Notes: generated from the sequence alone by a model not told the origin. Positions 19,975 to 30,659 are shown, counted from the stretch's first letter. The stretch: DNA of 37,261 nt from Pricia sp. (GCA_049671465.1 JBATUY010000328.1:1-37261), one strand, 5' to 3'. Made by a program: numbers and translations.

Positions 19975-22140
19975 TTAAAGGTTTTCCTCAATGAACTTGG
20001 TCATTTTATTGAATAGGTGCACCCGTGTCATTCCACCGTAGATGCCGTGGTTCTTATCGGGATAAATCGCCCAGTCGAACGGCTTGTTGGCCTGCACCAA
20101 GGCTTCAATCATTCGCATGGAGTTTTGCACGTGTACATTATCATCGCCCGAGCCGTGTATCAACAGATACTTTCCCTTTAACAGATCGGGATAATTGAAA
20201 GGGGAATTATCGTCGTACCCATCAGGATTCTCCTCGGGCGTACGCATAAAACGCTCCGTGTAGATCGTATCGTAAAAACGCCAAGATGTGACCGGGGCAA
20301 CCGCAATCGCCGCTTCAAAGACCTCGTTCCCTTTCAAAAGGGAATTGGTCGCCATATGTCCGCCAAAACTCCAGCCCCAGATGCCGGTACGTTTCTCGTC
20401 AATGTAGGGCAGTTCGCTCAGTTTTTTAGCGGCGGCAATCTGATCTTCGGTCTCGTATTTCACCAAGTTCAAATAGGTCGATTTCTTAAAATCACGCCCT
20501 TTGTAACCGGTGCCACGCCCGTCGACACAAGCAATTATATAGCCTTTGGCGGCCATAACCTCGTGCCAGTAGTCCCTTTCATTGAACCATTGGTTGGCGA
20601 CGCTCTGTGATCCGGGACCACTGTATTGGTACATCAACAGCGGATACTTTTTCGAGGCATCGAAATTTGCAGGCTTGATCATATACATGTTGAGCTCGTT
20701 ACCGTTAATGGCGATGGTAGAGAATTCCTTGGGCTGAAATTGGTAGCTTTTTAATTTGGTGAGTACCGCCTCGTTGTTCTTTATTTCCTTGATCTGTTTA
20801 CCGTTCAGGGCTTTGTGCAGGGTGTACACCGGAGGTGTCGTGGCACTGGAATAGGTATTGATAAAATATGTGAAATCGGCACTGAAGTCGGCGGAATTGA
20901 TTCCTTCTTCGGCCGCAAGCGCTTTTTTGTTTTTCCCGTTGCTTTCAATGCTGTACACGCCCCGATTTATCGAACCGTTCTCGGTAGACTGAAAGTAGAC
21001 CTTATCTTCATTCTGGTCGTAGCCAAAATAGCGGGTTACCTCCCAAGGCCCCTCGGTGATGCGATTCATCAACTTACCGTCTTGGTCGTACAGATAGATG
21101 TGGTTGTAACCGTCTTTCTCGCTCGTCCAAATAAAACTATCATCGGCCAAAAATGTAAGGTCGTCGGTCACGTCTACGTAGGCCTCGTCTTTTTCCTCGT
21201 GTAAAAGCGAAACGGAGTTGTCATTCGTATTCACCACATGCAGTTTCAAATCGTTCTGATGTCGGTTCAGCGTCTGTACGCTTAGTCGGTCGGCATCGTT
21301 CATCCATTGTATCCGAGGGATGTAATACGGACTGCCCAAGTCGACTTTCTCGGTATTTTTCGAGGTCAAATCGTAGAGGTGAAGCGTTACCACCGAATTG
21401 TCTTCCCCCGCTTTAGGATATTTAAAGGTTTCTTGGGATGGATAGAGGTCTTCGCCATACATATCCATCGAAAATTCGGGCACCTCGGTCTCATCAAAAC
21501 GCAAAAAGGCGATTTTGGTACCATCGGAATTCCAAGCAAAAGCCCGTACAAAGCCGAATTCCTCTTCATAAACCCAATCGGTAACCCCATTGATAATGCT
21601 ATTTTTCACGCCATCGGTAGTAAGCTGCTCCGCTTTTTTGGATGCGATATCAAAAAGATATAGATTGTTATCCGATACATAGGCTACCTTTTTCCCGTTA
21701 GGCGACAGTGCAGGCTCGCGTATTTTGGTTTCGGCAATTCGGGTCAGCACTTTGGTATCGACATCGTACACAAAGAAAATACCCAAGGTAGACCGCCGAA
21801 AAATGGATTCCACTTCCGTGGCCAATAGTATTTTCGACGCATCGTCGTTGAATTCATAGGATGAAAACTTTTCGATTTCAGGCAAATCGGCGGAACTGAC
21901 CACGGTGCCGACCTTTTTTAAGGTGGCGTAATCATATGTATCGATACTCGTAGTGCCGGCCGACCTATCGGTGTTCAAGACCGTATATTGCTTTCCGTTT
22001 TCTAAAGAACGTAGGGCATCGAGTCCATCGGTACGGAATTCACCGCTGTAAATTTCTTCGACGGTTATCGCCTTGTCCTGCGCAAAGGAAACGCTTGTCG
22101 TACCGACTAACAAAAATAGGAGAACGTGGATTTTTTTCAT
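19975..22140 (-). CDS. Dipeptidyl peptidase IV (S9B), secreted
   Basis: Signal peptide; DWVYEEE, YPKAG, GWSFGG (nucleophile Ser), DDNVH and HGIYG motifs. Confidence 0.94.
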   Translation of the reverse strand: MKKIHVLLFLLVGTTSVSFAQDKAITVEEIYSGEFRTDGLDALRSLENGKQYTVLNTDRSAGTTSIDTYDYATLKKVGTVVSSADLPEIEKFSSYEFNDDASKILLATEVESIFRRSTLGIFFVYDVDTKVLTRIAETKIREPALSPNGKKVAYVSDNNLYLFDIASKKAEQLTTDGVKNSIINGVTDWVYEEEFGFVRAFAWNSDGTKIAFLRFDETEVPEFSMDMYGEDLYPSQETFKYPKAGEDNSVVTLHLYDLTSKNTEKVDLGSPYYIPRIQWMNDADRLSVQTLNRHQNDLKLHVVNTNDNSVSLLHEEKDEAYVDVTDDLTFLADDSFIWTSEKDGYNHIYLYDQDGKLMNRITEGPWEVTRYFGYDQNEDKVYFQSTENGSINRGVYSIESNGKNKKALAAEEGINSADFSADFTYFINTYSSATTPPVYTLHKALNGKQIKEIKNNEAVLTKLKSYQFQPKEFSTIAINGNELNMYMIKPANFDASKKYPLLMYQYSGPGSQSVANQWFNERDYWHEVMAAKGYIIACVDGRGTGYKGRDFKKSTYLNLVKYETEDQIAAAKKLSELPYIDEKRTGIWGWSFGGHMATNSLLKGNEVFEAAIAVAPVTSWRFYDTIYTERFMRTPEENPDGYDDNSPFNYPDLLKGKYLLIHGSGDDNVHVQNSMRMIEALVQANKPFDWAIYPDKNHGIYGGMTRVHLFNKMTKFIEENL

Positions 22141-22322
22141 AGAAAGTTAAAAATAGAATATATCGTTCAAGTTTAGTGATATTTTGAGGAATAAATAAAC
22201 TTTCCGGGAAATAATAGGATGCAATTTGATACAAGGCCCCTGCTCCTGTTCGCAAGCTTCCGATGTACCCTGACCGAACATACGGGCGTAATCAGTATCT
22301 TTATCCATTGAAACCGATTGCT

Positions 22323-23642
22323 ATGACCATACCCATCGAGGGATTCTCGAAACTGACCAAGTCCGAAAAACTAGATTGGATAACCACGAATTACACCGAT
22401 AATCCGGAAGCCGCGAAAAACGTGCTAAAACGCTACTGGCACGAGGATGAAAAGCTACAGCAATTGCACGACGAGTTTATTGAGAATACACTGACCAATT
22501 ACTATCTGCCCTTCGGTATCGCCCCCAATTTTTTGATCAACGATACCTTGTACGCCGTTCCCATGGCCATCGAAGAAAGTTCGGTGGTGGCCGCCGCAAG
22601 TAAGGCCGCCAAGTTCTGGTTGAAACGCGGTGGTTTTAAAGCCACGATACTGGGCACCGAAAAAATCGGACAGGTACATTTTATGTACACCGGAAATACT
22701 CAAAAACTAAAGGATTTTTTTAAGGAAATACAACCAAAATTATACGCCGACACCGCCCCGATTACCGAGAATATGAAAAGGCGCGGCGGTGGTATCACCG
22801 CTATCGAATTGCGGGATAAGACCGATGCCCTCGAAAACTACTATCAGCTGCATTGCACTTTCGAGACTTTGGATGCGATGGGCGCCAATTTCATCAATTC
22901 TTGTCTTGAGCAGTTTGCTACAACGCTGAAGGCCGAGGCTCATCATTTCGCCGCCTTTACCGAAACGGAAAAAAATATTGAGGTGGTCATGGCCATTTTA
23001 TCCAACTACGTGCCGAATTGCTTGGTTCGCGCCGAGGTGAGCTGCCCTATCGGTCAGCTTAGCGTTGGAGGCCAAATGTCATCCTTTGAATTTGCCCGTA
23101 AAATGGTCAGGGCCGTTGAAATCGCCAAAGTGGAGCCCCATCGTGCCGTCACCCACAACAAAGGCGTCATGAACGGCATCGATGCGGTCATTCTGGCCAC
23201 CGGAAATGATTTTAGGGCCGTCGAGGCTGGCGTTCACGCCTATGCCGCCAAAGACGGATCGTATTCCAGTCTTACCCATGCCGAGATAACGAACGATATA
23301 TTTCGATTTTGGATAGAGGTTCCGCTCGCCCTGGGCACGGTAGGTGGACTCACCAGCCTACATCCCCTCGTAAAGTTGGCTTTGGAGATTCTCGGGAAGC
23401 CCTCCGCCGAAGTACTGATGCAGATCGTTGCGGTCGCGGGATTGGCACAGAATTTTGCGGCCGTTCGGTCGCTGGTAACTACGGGCATTCAAGAAGGCCA
23501 TATGAAAATGCACCTACTCAACATTCTTAACCAATTGGGGGCGACAGAGGCGGAAAAAAAGACCTTGACCGAGCATTTCAAAAAAAATGCGGCAACCCAT
23601 AGCGCGGTGGTCGCCGCCTTTGAACAGCTAAGAAAGTCGTAA
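22323..23642 (+). CDS. Hydroxymethylglutaryl-CoA reductase, class II
   Basis: ENTL, EESSVVAA, DAMGANFIN, THNKGVMNG, GNDFRAVEAG and GIQEGHMKMH motifs. Start placed at ATG 22323 (MTIPIEGFSKL). Confidence 0.95.
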   Translation: MTIPIEGFSKLTKSEKLDWITTNYTDNPEAAKNVLKRYWHEDEKLQQLHDEFIENTLTNYYLPFGIAPNFLINDTLYAVPMAIEESSVVAAASKAAKFWLKRGGFKATILGTEKIGQVHFMYTGNTQKLKDFFKEIQPKLYADTAPITENMKRRGGGITAIELRDKTDALENYYQLHCTFETLDAMGANFINSCLEQFATTLKAEAHHFAAFTETEKNIEVVMAILSNYVPNCLVRAEVSCPIGQLSVGGQMSSFEFARKMVRAVEIAKVEPHRAVTHNKGVMNGIDAVILATGNDFRAVEAGVHAYAAKDGSYSSLTHAEITNDIFRFWIEVPLALGTVGGLTSLHPLVKLALEILGKPSAEVLMQIVAVAGLAQNFAAVRSLVTTGIQEGHMKMHLLNILNQLGATEAEKKTLTEHFKKNAATHSAVVAAFEQLRKS

Positions 23643-24659
23643 ATGACAAAGTCCTTCTACAGCAACGGAAAACTGCTGCTCACCGGCGAATATGCCGTGC
23701 TCGATGGTGCACTCAGCTTAGCTGTGCCCACCAAATATGGGCAATCCTTACTGGTCGAGGAGATTGATGCCTACGAATTACGTTGGAGGAGTTTTGACGA
23801 ACGGGGAAAGCTATGGTTTGAAGGTATATTTGACCTATCATCCCACGAAAACAGATCCCCGGCTCAAAAATCTCCGGTACAAAACTCCCCACCACAAACA
23901 CCGAATAAACAAAACATAGGCGCTGGCTATTTGAACACGGGCCGGCACCAATCGGCAGCGGGGGGCAACATAGCCGAAACCTTGTCAAAAATTTTAAACG
24001 AGGCCCAAAGGTTAAATCCGGAATTCCTTCGGGATGCAAAAGGGTATGCCGTAGAAACCAAATTAAGCTTTCCGCGGGATTGGGGACTAGGGTCCAGCTC
24101 TACCCTAATCAACAATATCGCCCAATGGGCGCAAGTCGATGCGTATCAATTATTGTGGAACGCTTTTTCGGGAAGCGGATACGACATCGCCTGTGCGAAA
24201 AAAAACCATCCTATTCTCTACCGCCTTGTCGATGGCAAACCCAAGGTTTCCGAAGTCGATTTTAATCCGGCGTTTCAAGACCAGCTTTACTTCGTTCATC
24301 TGAACAAAAAACAAAATAGCAGGGACGGAATCGCAGCCTATAGAGCGAAAGATTTTGATAAAGCCCAACTGATCGCACGGATATCCGAAATTACCAAAGA
24401 AACTATTTCCTGTAGCAGTCTTTCGGAATTTGAGTCGCTGATGGACCGACATGAGCGGTTACTTTCCCAAACGCTAGATATACCAACGGTAAAGGCATCC
24501 CAGTTTCCAGATTATAAAGGCAGCATAAAGAGCCTTGGGGCTTGGGGCGGCGATTTTGTTATGGCCACCGGAAATGCAGCAACTCCCTCACATTTTGAAA
24601 AGTTGGGATACCATACGGTCGTACGGTTTTCGGAAATGGTTTTGAAGGAAGGCATCTAA
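23643..24659 (+). CDS. GHMP-family kinase of the mevalonate pathway (mevalonate or phosphomevalonate kinase, GYDIA type)
   Basis: GKLLLTGEY, WGLGSSS, GSGYDIA and KSLGAWGGDF motifs; abuts the HMG-CoA reductase stop. Confidence 0.88.
   Translation: MTKSFYSNGKLLLTGEYAVLDGALSLAVPTKYGQSLLVEEIDAYELRWRSFDERGKLWFEGIFDLSSHENRSPAQKSPVQNSPPQTPNKQNIGAGYLNTGRHQSAAGGNIAETLSKILNEAQRLNPEFLRDAKGYAVETKLSFPRDWGLGSSSTLINNIAQWAQVDAYQLLWNAFSGSGYDIACAKKNHPILYRLVDGKPKVSEVDFNPAFQDQLYFVHLNKKQNSRDGIAAYRAKDFDKAQLIARISEITKETISCSSLSEFESLMDRHERLLSQTLDIPTVKASQFPDYKGSIKSLGAWGGDFVMATGNAATPSHFEKLGYHTVVRFSEMVLKEGI
23850..23924 (+). repeat. Degenerate 15-bp tandem repeat inside the GHMP kinase gene
   Basis: Units AACAGATCCCCGGCT, CAAAAATCTCCGGTA, CAAAACTCCCCACCA, CAAACACCGAATAAA, CAAAACATAGGCGCT encode NRSPA-QKSPV-QNSPP-QTPNK-QNIGA. 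Confidence 0.6.
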
Positions 24660-24942
24660 GCCTTTCCAAATTGTTCTTTGCCCGAAAGTAGTTGACAGCT
24701 TTCGAAGTAAACCTCGCGATTATTTTTCAAATTAAATACCAAATACAAAGCGTCGGATAAAGAAATTTTGCGGTCATCATAAAATTCTACCATTAAATCG
24801 CAAAAACGCCCGAAGAACAAATACAAAACCAAAGCCTCCAGCGTTCAAGCAGGCCGCTCAGGTTTATCGTATTTAATAATGAATTTCGCTTAAGAAAAGT
24901 TTCCTAATCGAAAGCTTTGTCTAATGAACGAAGTTCTAAATC

Positions 24943-27063
24943 TTAGTAAAACACGGCCCTATTGTCCTCAATTTCAGCGTTTTCTTTTAAGGCATTGTAA
25001 ACAGCTGTGTTGACTTGCGCCTCGCGTGCCGTTTTGACGGATGTGGCGTATGTGCTGTAATTATCCAATTTTGGGGCCTCGGTCTTTTTAGTGACCGTTA
25101 GTTTGAAAATGCCGGTATTGCCCTCTATCAATTCGGAAGTCTCCCCTTCCTTCATGGCGAAGGCGGCGCCGACGACAGCGGGTTCAGATCCAGCTCCGGG
25201 TATTGTAGGAGATTTTACGGTCAAAGCAGATGCTGTAGACGTGCTGACATTATTGTCTTTGGCGATATCTTGAATGGACTTTCCCTTGTTGGCCGAAATG
25301 ATTTGGGCCGCTTTACGCTCTTTTCTAATTTTCGGAAGTACCGTTGCGGAAGCGTCCTCGACGGACATTAGACCCGCTTCGTATTTTTTGGTGAGCTGAA
25401 CTACGGCATACCCACTGTTCAGGTCAAAACGCTTGATATCGCCAACCTTTGTATCCTCGGTAAAGGCCCATTGCACAATGTTCCGCTGTGACGATAGTCC
25501 CGGTAAGTTTTCATCCGTGGCGTTCAACTTGTTTACCGGACGGACCACATATTTTTCCTCTTTGGCCAGTTCGGAGAATGACTTATCGGAAGCAATAGAT
25601 TCCATCTCGAATTGGGTTGCTTCGGTAAAAAGTCCGTTAATGGTCGCCTCGGAAGGTTCAATTTCACGTGCCAAGGTTGCCAACTGCACGATATCGCGCT
25701 TATCGTCGACTTTGATAATGTGGAATCCGAAATCGGTTTCGACCATACCTATCGTACCCACGGCATTCTGGAAAGCGAAATCGTTGAATTCGGGCACCAT
25801 GCGGCCCTCTTGAAAATAGCCTAAATCGCCACCGTTCGGAGCCGATGGCCCGTCTGAATTGTCCCTCGCCAACTCTACGAATTTGGCATCTTTTTTACGA
25901 GCTTCCCTCAAAAGGCGTTTTGCCTCAGCTTCCGCCTCCTCTTTGGTTCGCGTCACCTCTGGGTTTGCCCGTTCTGCACCTTCATAGCCGATCAAGATAT
26001 GGCTTGCCTTTACAGACCCATTGGTTTTTCTATCCATCATCTTGGTGACCTTAAAAGTATCCCCATCGCGATAGGGTCCGAAAATTTCGCCGACCTGCAA
26101 CGCCATTAACGTGTCTGCAAACTTCGTCGGCAATTGATTTTTCTCCTTGTATATGGTGTCGAATTTTACATCGGAGCTGCGATCCAAAAAGGCCGCCATA
26201 TCGGTAGTACCCCTAAAGCCGGCAATCGTATCGTTTGTATCGGTAGCTTCATTGTACTCTACCCTATCGTTCATCAGTTCCGTAATCTCGGCTTTGACCG
26301 ATTGTACGTCCTCGTCGGAAGGCTTCTCCTCGAAATAAACAAATTGTATATCACGGGCGGCGTCTTGTTTAAAATCTTCCTTGTGTTCGTCGATATAGCT
26401 GCGTATCTCACTTTTTGAAATGGTAATGGAACTATCGGCTATAGAAGTAAATGGCACGCGAACGTATTTGATATCCATCTTATCATTGGCCAAACGATAA
26501 TCGAGCTCCCCTTCCTTTAACGTAGCGCCGACACCGGCCTTAATAAGATTGAAATAGGCCTGTTGCTTGGCGGACTGAATGATAGATGCTTCGTTCTGCA
26601 GCCAAAATTGATATTGTGCGGGATTGTTCACTTTGAGGTCGGCAATAAAATTTCTGAACTTGTTCTCGTCAAAAACACCATTCTCATTCTGAAATTGCGG
26701 ATTCTGGGCATATCCGGGGATGGTGCCGACATAGTTCATGATCTGGTCTTGCTCGATATTGATGCCCAAATGCTCGAGCTGTTGCCCCATTATCGTATTT
26801 CGAACCTCTTGGTCCCATACTTGGTTAACGGTCTGCATCGTAGATACGTTCGGGCCTGAATTTTGGGAAGCAATGTCCACTTGGTTCCGGAAGTCGTCTA
26901 TGGAAAGCTCTTCGCCGTTAATTTCGGCGATACTTGAGCCGACTTTGCCCCCGCCCAATCCGTCAGCCGTAAAGACTCCGGAGATTACAAAGGCGAAAAG
27001 TGCCAATCCGATAATGAGAATCAAAATCGTTGTCTGTTTTCTTATACTTTCTAAAATAGCCAT
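24943..27063 (-). CDS. PpiD/SurA-like periplasmic chaperone with a parvulin PPIase domain
   Basis: N-terminal TM anchor (MAILESIRK...LALFAF); KASHILI, GGDLGYF, MVPEFN and ETDFGFHII motifs. Confidence 0.9.
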   Translation of the reverse strand: MAILESIRKQTTILILIIGLALFAFVISGVFTADGLGGGKVGSSIAEINGEELSIDDFRNQVDIASQNSGPNVSTMQTVNQVWDQEVRNTIMGQQLEHLGINIEQDQIMNYVGTIPGYAQNPQFQNENGVFDENKFRNFIADLKVNNPAQYQFWLQNEASIIQSAKQQAYFNLIKAGVGATLKEGELDYRLANDKMDIKYVRVPFTSIADSSITISKSEIRSYIDEHKEDFKQDAARDIQFVYFEEKPSDEDVQSVKAEITELMNDRVEYNEATDTNDTIAGFRGTTDMAAFLDRSSDVKFDTIYKEKNQLPTKFADTLMALQVGEIFGPYRDGDTFKVTKMMDRKTNGSVKASHILIGYEGAERANPEVTRTKEEAEAEAKRLLREARKKDAKFVELARDNSDGPSAPNGGDLGYFQEGRMVPEFNDFAFQNAVGTIGMVETDFGFHIIKVDDKRDIVQLATLAREIEPSEATINGLFTEATQFEMESIASDKSFSELAKEEKYVVRPVNKLNATDENLPGLSSQRNIVQWAFTEDTKVGDIKRFDLNSGYAVVQLTKKYEAGLMSVEDASATVLPKIRKERKAAQIISANKGKSIQDIAKDNNVSTSTASALTVKSPTIPGAGSEPAVVGAAFAMKEGETSELIEGNTGIFKLTVTKKTEAPKLDNYSTYATSVKTAREAQVNTAVYNALKENAEIEDNRAVFY

Positions 27064-27088
27064 TTAGGGTTGTTTTTTAATCAGCTCG

Positions 27089-27096
27089 CAAAATTA
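27089..27096 (-). promoter_or_regulatory. Bacteroidota -7 promoter element (TAATTTTG) for the PPIase gene
   Basis: Exact TAnnTTTG on the minus strand, 25 bp upstream of the ATG. Confidence 0.65.
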
Positions 27097-27188
27097 GGCT
27101 TTTCTTTTGAATTAGTAAAGACTTTAAGATTTGGCGTTCTATGGTGTTTTCAAGAAAAATGGTAACAAATTCTGGTGGGATAAATGGA

Positions 27189-28478
27189 TCACTCTTTCTC
27201 CACAATCTGAAGGGTCACCAAATCGATTTTGGTACTTGAAACTTCTATAATGGTAAATAAAAACTGTTCGATTTGAATTTCGGAGTCCTTTTCAGGAATT
27301 TCCCCTACATGGTTTACGACGAGCCCTCCCAAGGTTTCATATTCATCACTTGCCGGAAGTTCAAGTTTATAGGTCTCGTTCAGATAATCTACTTCTAGTC
27401 TTGCAGAAAATGAAAAGGTAGTATCGTCTAACTGATCTTCGATAAGGTCCGTGGTATCGTGTTCATCTTCAATTTCCCCGAAAAGCTCTTCGACGATATC
27501 CTCTACGGTCATTAAACCTGAGGTACCCCCGTACTCATCTAAAACTACCGCAATACTCTTTCTTTTTTTGGTCAGGATGTTCAAAATATCCTGAATCAAC
27601 ATGGTTTCGGGCACGAATTCGACGGGAAGCAGGATGCTTTTAATGGTCTTTGGTTTTTTAAACAGTTCATACGAATGCACATAACCGATGACATTATCAA
27701 TAGTATCTTTAAAAATCAAGATTTTGGATAATCCCGTTTCCGTAAAAAGCTTGGCCAAATTTTTTGGGGTCTCGTGAATTTCGACCGCACTGATTTCTGT
27801 ACGGGGCACCATCACTTCCCTGGCCTTGACCGCTGAAAATTCCAACGCCTTCTGAAAAATTTGTATTTCGGAATCCATTTCGTCTTCAGCCTCTACGGCT
27901 TCCATCTGTTCGGTAATGTAATCGCCAAGTTCTATTTTACTGAATGACAGCTGCACCTCATCACCATCGGTCTTAAAAAAAGTTCTGAGAATAAAATCGG
28001 ACACCCAAATCACAAAATCTGAGATAACGGAAAATATGAGGTAGAACAGATAGGCGGGTATGGCCAATAGTTTTAATAAGGTGTTCGCGTAAATTTGAAA
28101 AAGCACCTTGGGCAGAAATTCCGCCGTAAAAAGTATGATCAATGTAGAAATGATGGTCTGTACCAGCAGGCTAAAATCGGTCAGCAGCAGCCTTATAAAG
28201 TGGTTTTCAACGGGCAGCATCCCTTGAAACCAGGCCATCAACAAATCGCCCATGAAAAAGCCGTAGATGACCAAGGCGATATTATTGCCAATGAGCATCG
28301 TGGCAATAAATTTTGATGGTTTTTTGGTCAAGCGCGTAAGCACTTTGGCCAAAAAGCCTTCTTGCTTTTTCTCTATTTCAATATGAATTTTATTTGCGGA
28401 AATGAATGCAATTTCCATCCCTGAAAAAAAGGCGGAAAATAATAAGGAAAGTACGATTATTAAGATAGCAGCTTCCAA
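27189..28478 (-). CDS. HlyC/CorC (CNNM/DUF21-CBS) family membrane protein
   Basis: FSAFFSGMEIA, LIGNN, AEFLPK, EVMVPR, VVLDEYGGTSGLMTVEDIVEELFGEIEDEHD and YETLGG motifs. Confidence 0.92.
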   Translation of the reverse strand: MEAAILIIVLSLLFSAFFSGMEIAFISANKIHIEIEKKQEGFLAKVLTRLTKKPSKFIATMLIGNNIALVIYGFFMGDLLMAWFQGMLPVENHFIRLLLTDFSLLVQTIISTLIILFTAEFLPKVLFQIYANTLLKLLAIPAYLFYLIFSVISDFVIWVSDFILRTFFKTDGDEVQLSFSKIELGDYITEQMEAVEAEDEMDSEIQIFQKALEFSAVKAREVMVPRTEISAVEIHETPKNLAKLFTETGLSKILIFKDTIDNVIGYVHSYELFKKPKTIKSILLPVEFVPETMLIQDILNILTKKRKSIAVVLDEYGGTSGLMTVEDIVEELFGEIEDEHDTTDLIEDQLDDTTFSFSARLEVDYLNETYKLELPASDEYETLGGLVVNHVGEIPEKDSEIQIEQFLFTIIEVSSTKIDLVTLQIVEKE

Positions 28479-28483
28479 TAGCG

Positions 28484-28684
28484 TTATTCGTTATCGCGTT
28501 TGCGCTGTTCGAATTTCTTGCGATAGTTTCTTCGGAACATAAACATCCCAAGAGACACTACGGCGAAGAATATGAACAGGTATGCACCTTGGCGGTTGCC
28601 GTTCCAATCGGTAAAAATTCTATAGAGTGAGAACACGAATACCACTAAGTACAAGTATTCGGTATATCGTAATATTTTGATCAT
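28484..28684 (-). CDS. Small membrane protein (66 aa, two TM helices, basic C-terminal tail)
   Basis: The ATG at 28684 overlaps the lptC stop (ATGA coupling). Sequence MIKILRYTEYLYLVVFVFS...FRRNYRKKFEQRKRDNE. Confidence 0.78.
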   Translation of the reverse strand: MIKILRYTEYLYLVVFVFSLYRIFTDWNGNRQGAYLFIFFAVVSLGMFMFRRNYRKKFEQRKRDNE

Positions 28685-29286
28685 TGCGGTTCTTCTTTGA
28701 TGCTCATCAGTCCATTGGTCTTGTGTGCACTGAAGAAATAAGGTTCTTTCTTGAAATCCATGCCGGTTCCGTACATTACCGAACCGTCTTCTGGATTCGT
28801 GTACTTGAACTTTTCTTGGGTAAACACCCAATCATTGTCTTGGTCCCAATACACTTGGGTGGTTTCCATAATCTTGCCATCATGGGTCTCGATGACCACA
28901 TTGCCCTGCAAATCTAGCACATTTGTAGCTGAATATAGAATACCGTAATCGGACTTTATAATACTTTTCTGCCCCTTGTCGTTGTAGAAATCGACCACAA
29001 GACCCTCCGGGAAAGTTTGATAGGCAAATGTTAGATTGGTATAATCTTTCCGTAACGGGCTTTTTAATACCGCGATTACCTTCGTACCGGTCGAATCTTC
29101 ACTGGCCACCTCCTTACGCGCCTCGGTATAGGTCAAAATAAAGTCTTCGGCGATGCCCATGGGGTAAACTAGAGGCACTTTTTCTTCCCCGGATCTTTGG
29201 TAGGTATCGGTACATGACAAAAAAAGTATTGCCATAACACAGGTCATGGCAATACTTTTAAAATTATCTACACGATGTAAAATCAT
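28681..29286 (-). CDS. lptC: LPS export protein LptC
   Basis: FPEGLVVDFY, DLQGNVVI, TTQVYWDQ and GTGMD resemble the Bacteroidota LptC beta-jellyroll; lipoprotein-like N-terminus (LFLS-C). Confidence 0.8.
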   Translation of the reverse strand: MILHRVDNFKSIAMTCVMAILFLSCTDTYQRSGEEKVPLVYPMGIAEDFILTYTEARKEVASEDSTGTKVIAVLKSPLRKDYTNLTFAYQTFPEGLVVDFYNDKGQKSIIKSDYGILYSATNVLDLQGNVVIETHDGKIMETTQVYWDQDNDWVFTQEKFKYTNPEDGSVMYGTGMDFKKEPYFFSAHKTNGLMSIKEEPQ

Positions 29287-29288
29287 TT

Positions 29289-30659
29289 TTAAATATTCGG
29301 TACCGTAATGCTACCACCTACCCAGCAACTGAAGGTGATTTTTTTACCAGCCATACCCGAATTGAATATGTCGGTTTTTGAAGGCGCTTTTGCGGAGTAA
29401 CTAGCTGCTGATTGGCTAGCGTTCGAACTTAGGGAAGGATCGACGCGACCGGCCTGACGCGCCATATCCGCTGCTTTCCAGTACACGGCCCGTTTTTCGA
29501 AAGGCGTGCTTCCGCAATCGTTGGCACTCGTCGCATATAAATTGGCGATCAACAAATAGGCTTTACCGTTAGCCTTGTTGGCTTCAATAGCTCTCTGCGC
29601 ATAGCTTCTAGCCTTAGACTTGCTCGTTTTACGCAAAATTGTAGCGATTTTGTAAAGTATATCCGATTTTTCATACGGGTCGTTCTCAAGCTCGACCGCT
29701 TTATTGAAGTCTTCCAACGCTCCGCTGTTATCACCGGATTTTTGCTTTAGAAGTCCACCATACATATAGGCTTTCGCAGATGGTTCAAGGGCTAATTGGG
29801 CCTCGAACAATTTTCTGAACAACGGATCATCGGTACATTCCTTACCGAACATTCTACCTACCGCTCGTTTAACCCACTTTACGTCATCCTTTTTCTCTTC
29901 GAAGCTCTTTTCGTATAACGGTATCAGATTATCGCAATCGGCCAAGGCACCCAACTTCGAATCAACACTACCGGCAATCTTACCGTAGGACTCGGAATTG
30001 GTCGTAGCTATTTTCAGCGATCTTTTTTCCTTAGATGTAATAGTACCCGTAGAATCTTTTGGCAGTAGCGTGGTAATTACTTCTGTAAGCTTTTTGTTCT
30101 CCTCTTCAATTTTTTCGGTGACGTTGTCGTACACGTCGAAAACTTCTTGTAATTCCTTGCTTCCGCTTTTGTGAAGGTCTACCAGACTAGAAAAATAAAG
30201 GTATAAGGCTCTTGGATTCTTGAAATTCTTGGAATCTTCATCAAAAGCTTTTTGAAGCATTTCATAAATCTCGGCATCGGAGCCCATTTTGTTCTCGTAC
30301 ATCAATAACGCCTTGTCTATGCCGACAACTGCAGGCGTATATTTCTTTGGATAATATTTAGTGCTGTTGTCATACAGCGCAACCAAATCCTGAATATATC
30401 CATCCTTTTCGGCACCGGAAGACTTTTCGATCTTATCCTTCAGAATTCTTTCGCCATATATAAAATTGGCCTTGTTGATATCTGGACAGGTCTCGTACAC
30501 CATTTTCCAGGGTGTGTAGGCCGCTTCATAGTTTTTGACTTTTGCATGCTCAACATAAATGGAAAGGTTGGTCATACATTCTTGGTTTTGGGCCTGGGCA
30601 TTGGCAAGGCCCATAGCCCCCAAAAAAAGAATCGCAGTGACGTAAATCTTAGTTTTCAT
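29289..30659 (-). CDS. Exported TPR-repeat protein
   Basis: Signal peptide and helical TPR-like segments (ALEDFNKAVELE, ARSYAQRAIEANK..GKAYLLIANLY); ends 2 bp from lptC. Confidence 0.8.
   Translation of the reverse strand: MKTKIYVTAILFLGAMGLANAQAQNQECMTNLSIYVEHAKVKNYEAAYTPWKMVYETCPDINKANFIYGERILKDKIEKSSGAEKDGYIQDLVALYDNSTKYYPKKYTPAVVGIDKALLMYENKMGSDAEIYEMLQKAFDEDSKNFKNPRALYLYFSSLVDLHKSGSKELQEVFDVYDNVTEKIEEENKKLTEVITTLLPKDSTGTITSKEKRSLKIATTNSESYGKIAGSVDSKLGALADCDNLIPLYEKSFEEKKDDVKWVKRAVGRMFGKECTDDPLFRKLFEAQLALEPSAKAYMYGGLLKQKSGDNSGALEDFNKAVELENDPYEKSDILYKIATILRKTSKSKARSYAQRAIEANKANGKAYLLIANLYATSANDCGSTPFEKRAVYWKAADMARQAGRVDPSLSSNASQSAASYSAKAPSKTDIFNSGMAGKKITFSCWVGGSITVPNI

Noticed and set aside
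22323..24659. Mevalonate-pathway genes in a bacterium as a novelty
   Set aside because: The mevalonate route is well established in Flavobacteriaceae.
24660..24942. 283-bp spacer between the convergent GHMP kinase and PPIase genes as a possible ncRNA
   Set aside because: Only an imperfect hairpin near 24830-24866 and short A-rich repeats; no promoter/terminator pair or known RNA motif.
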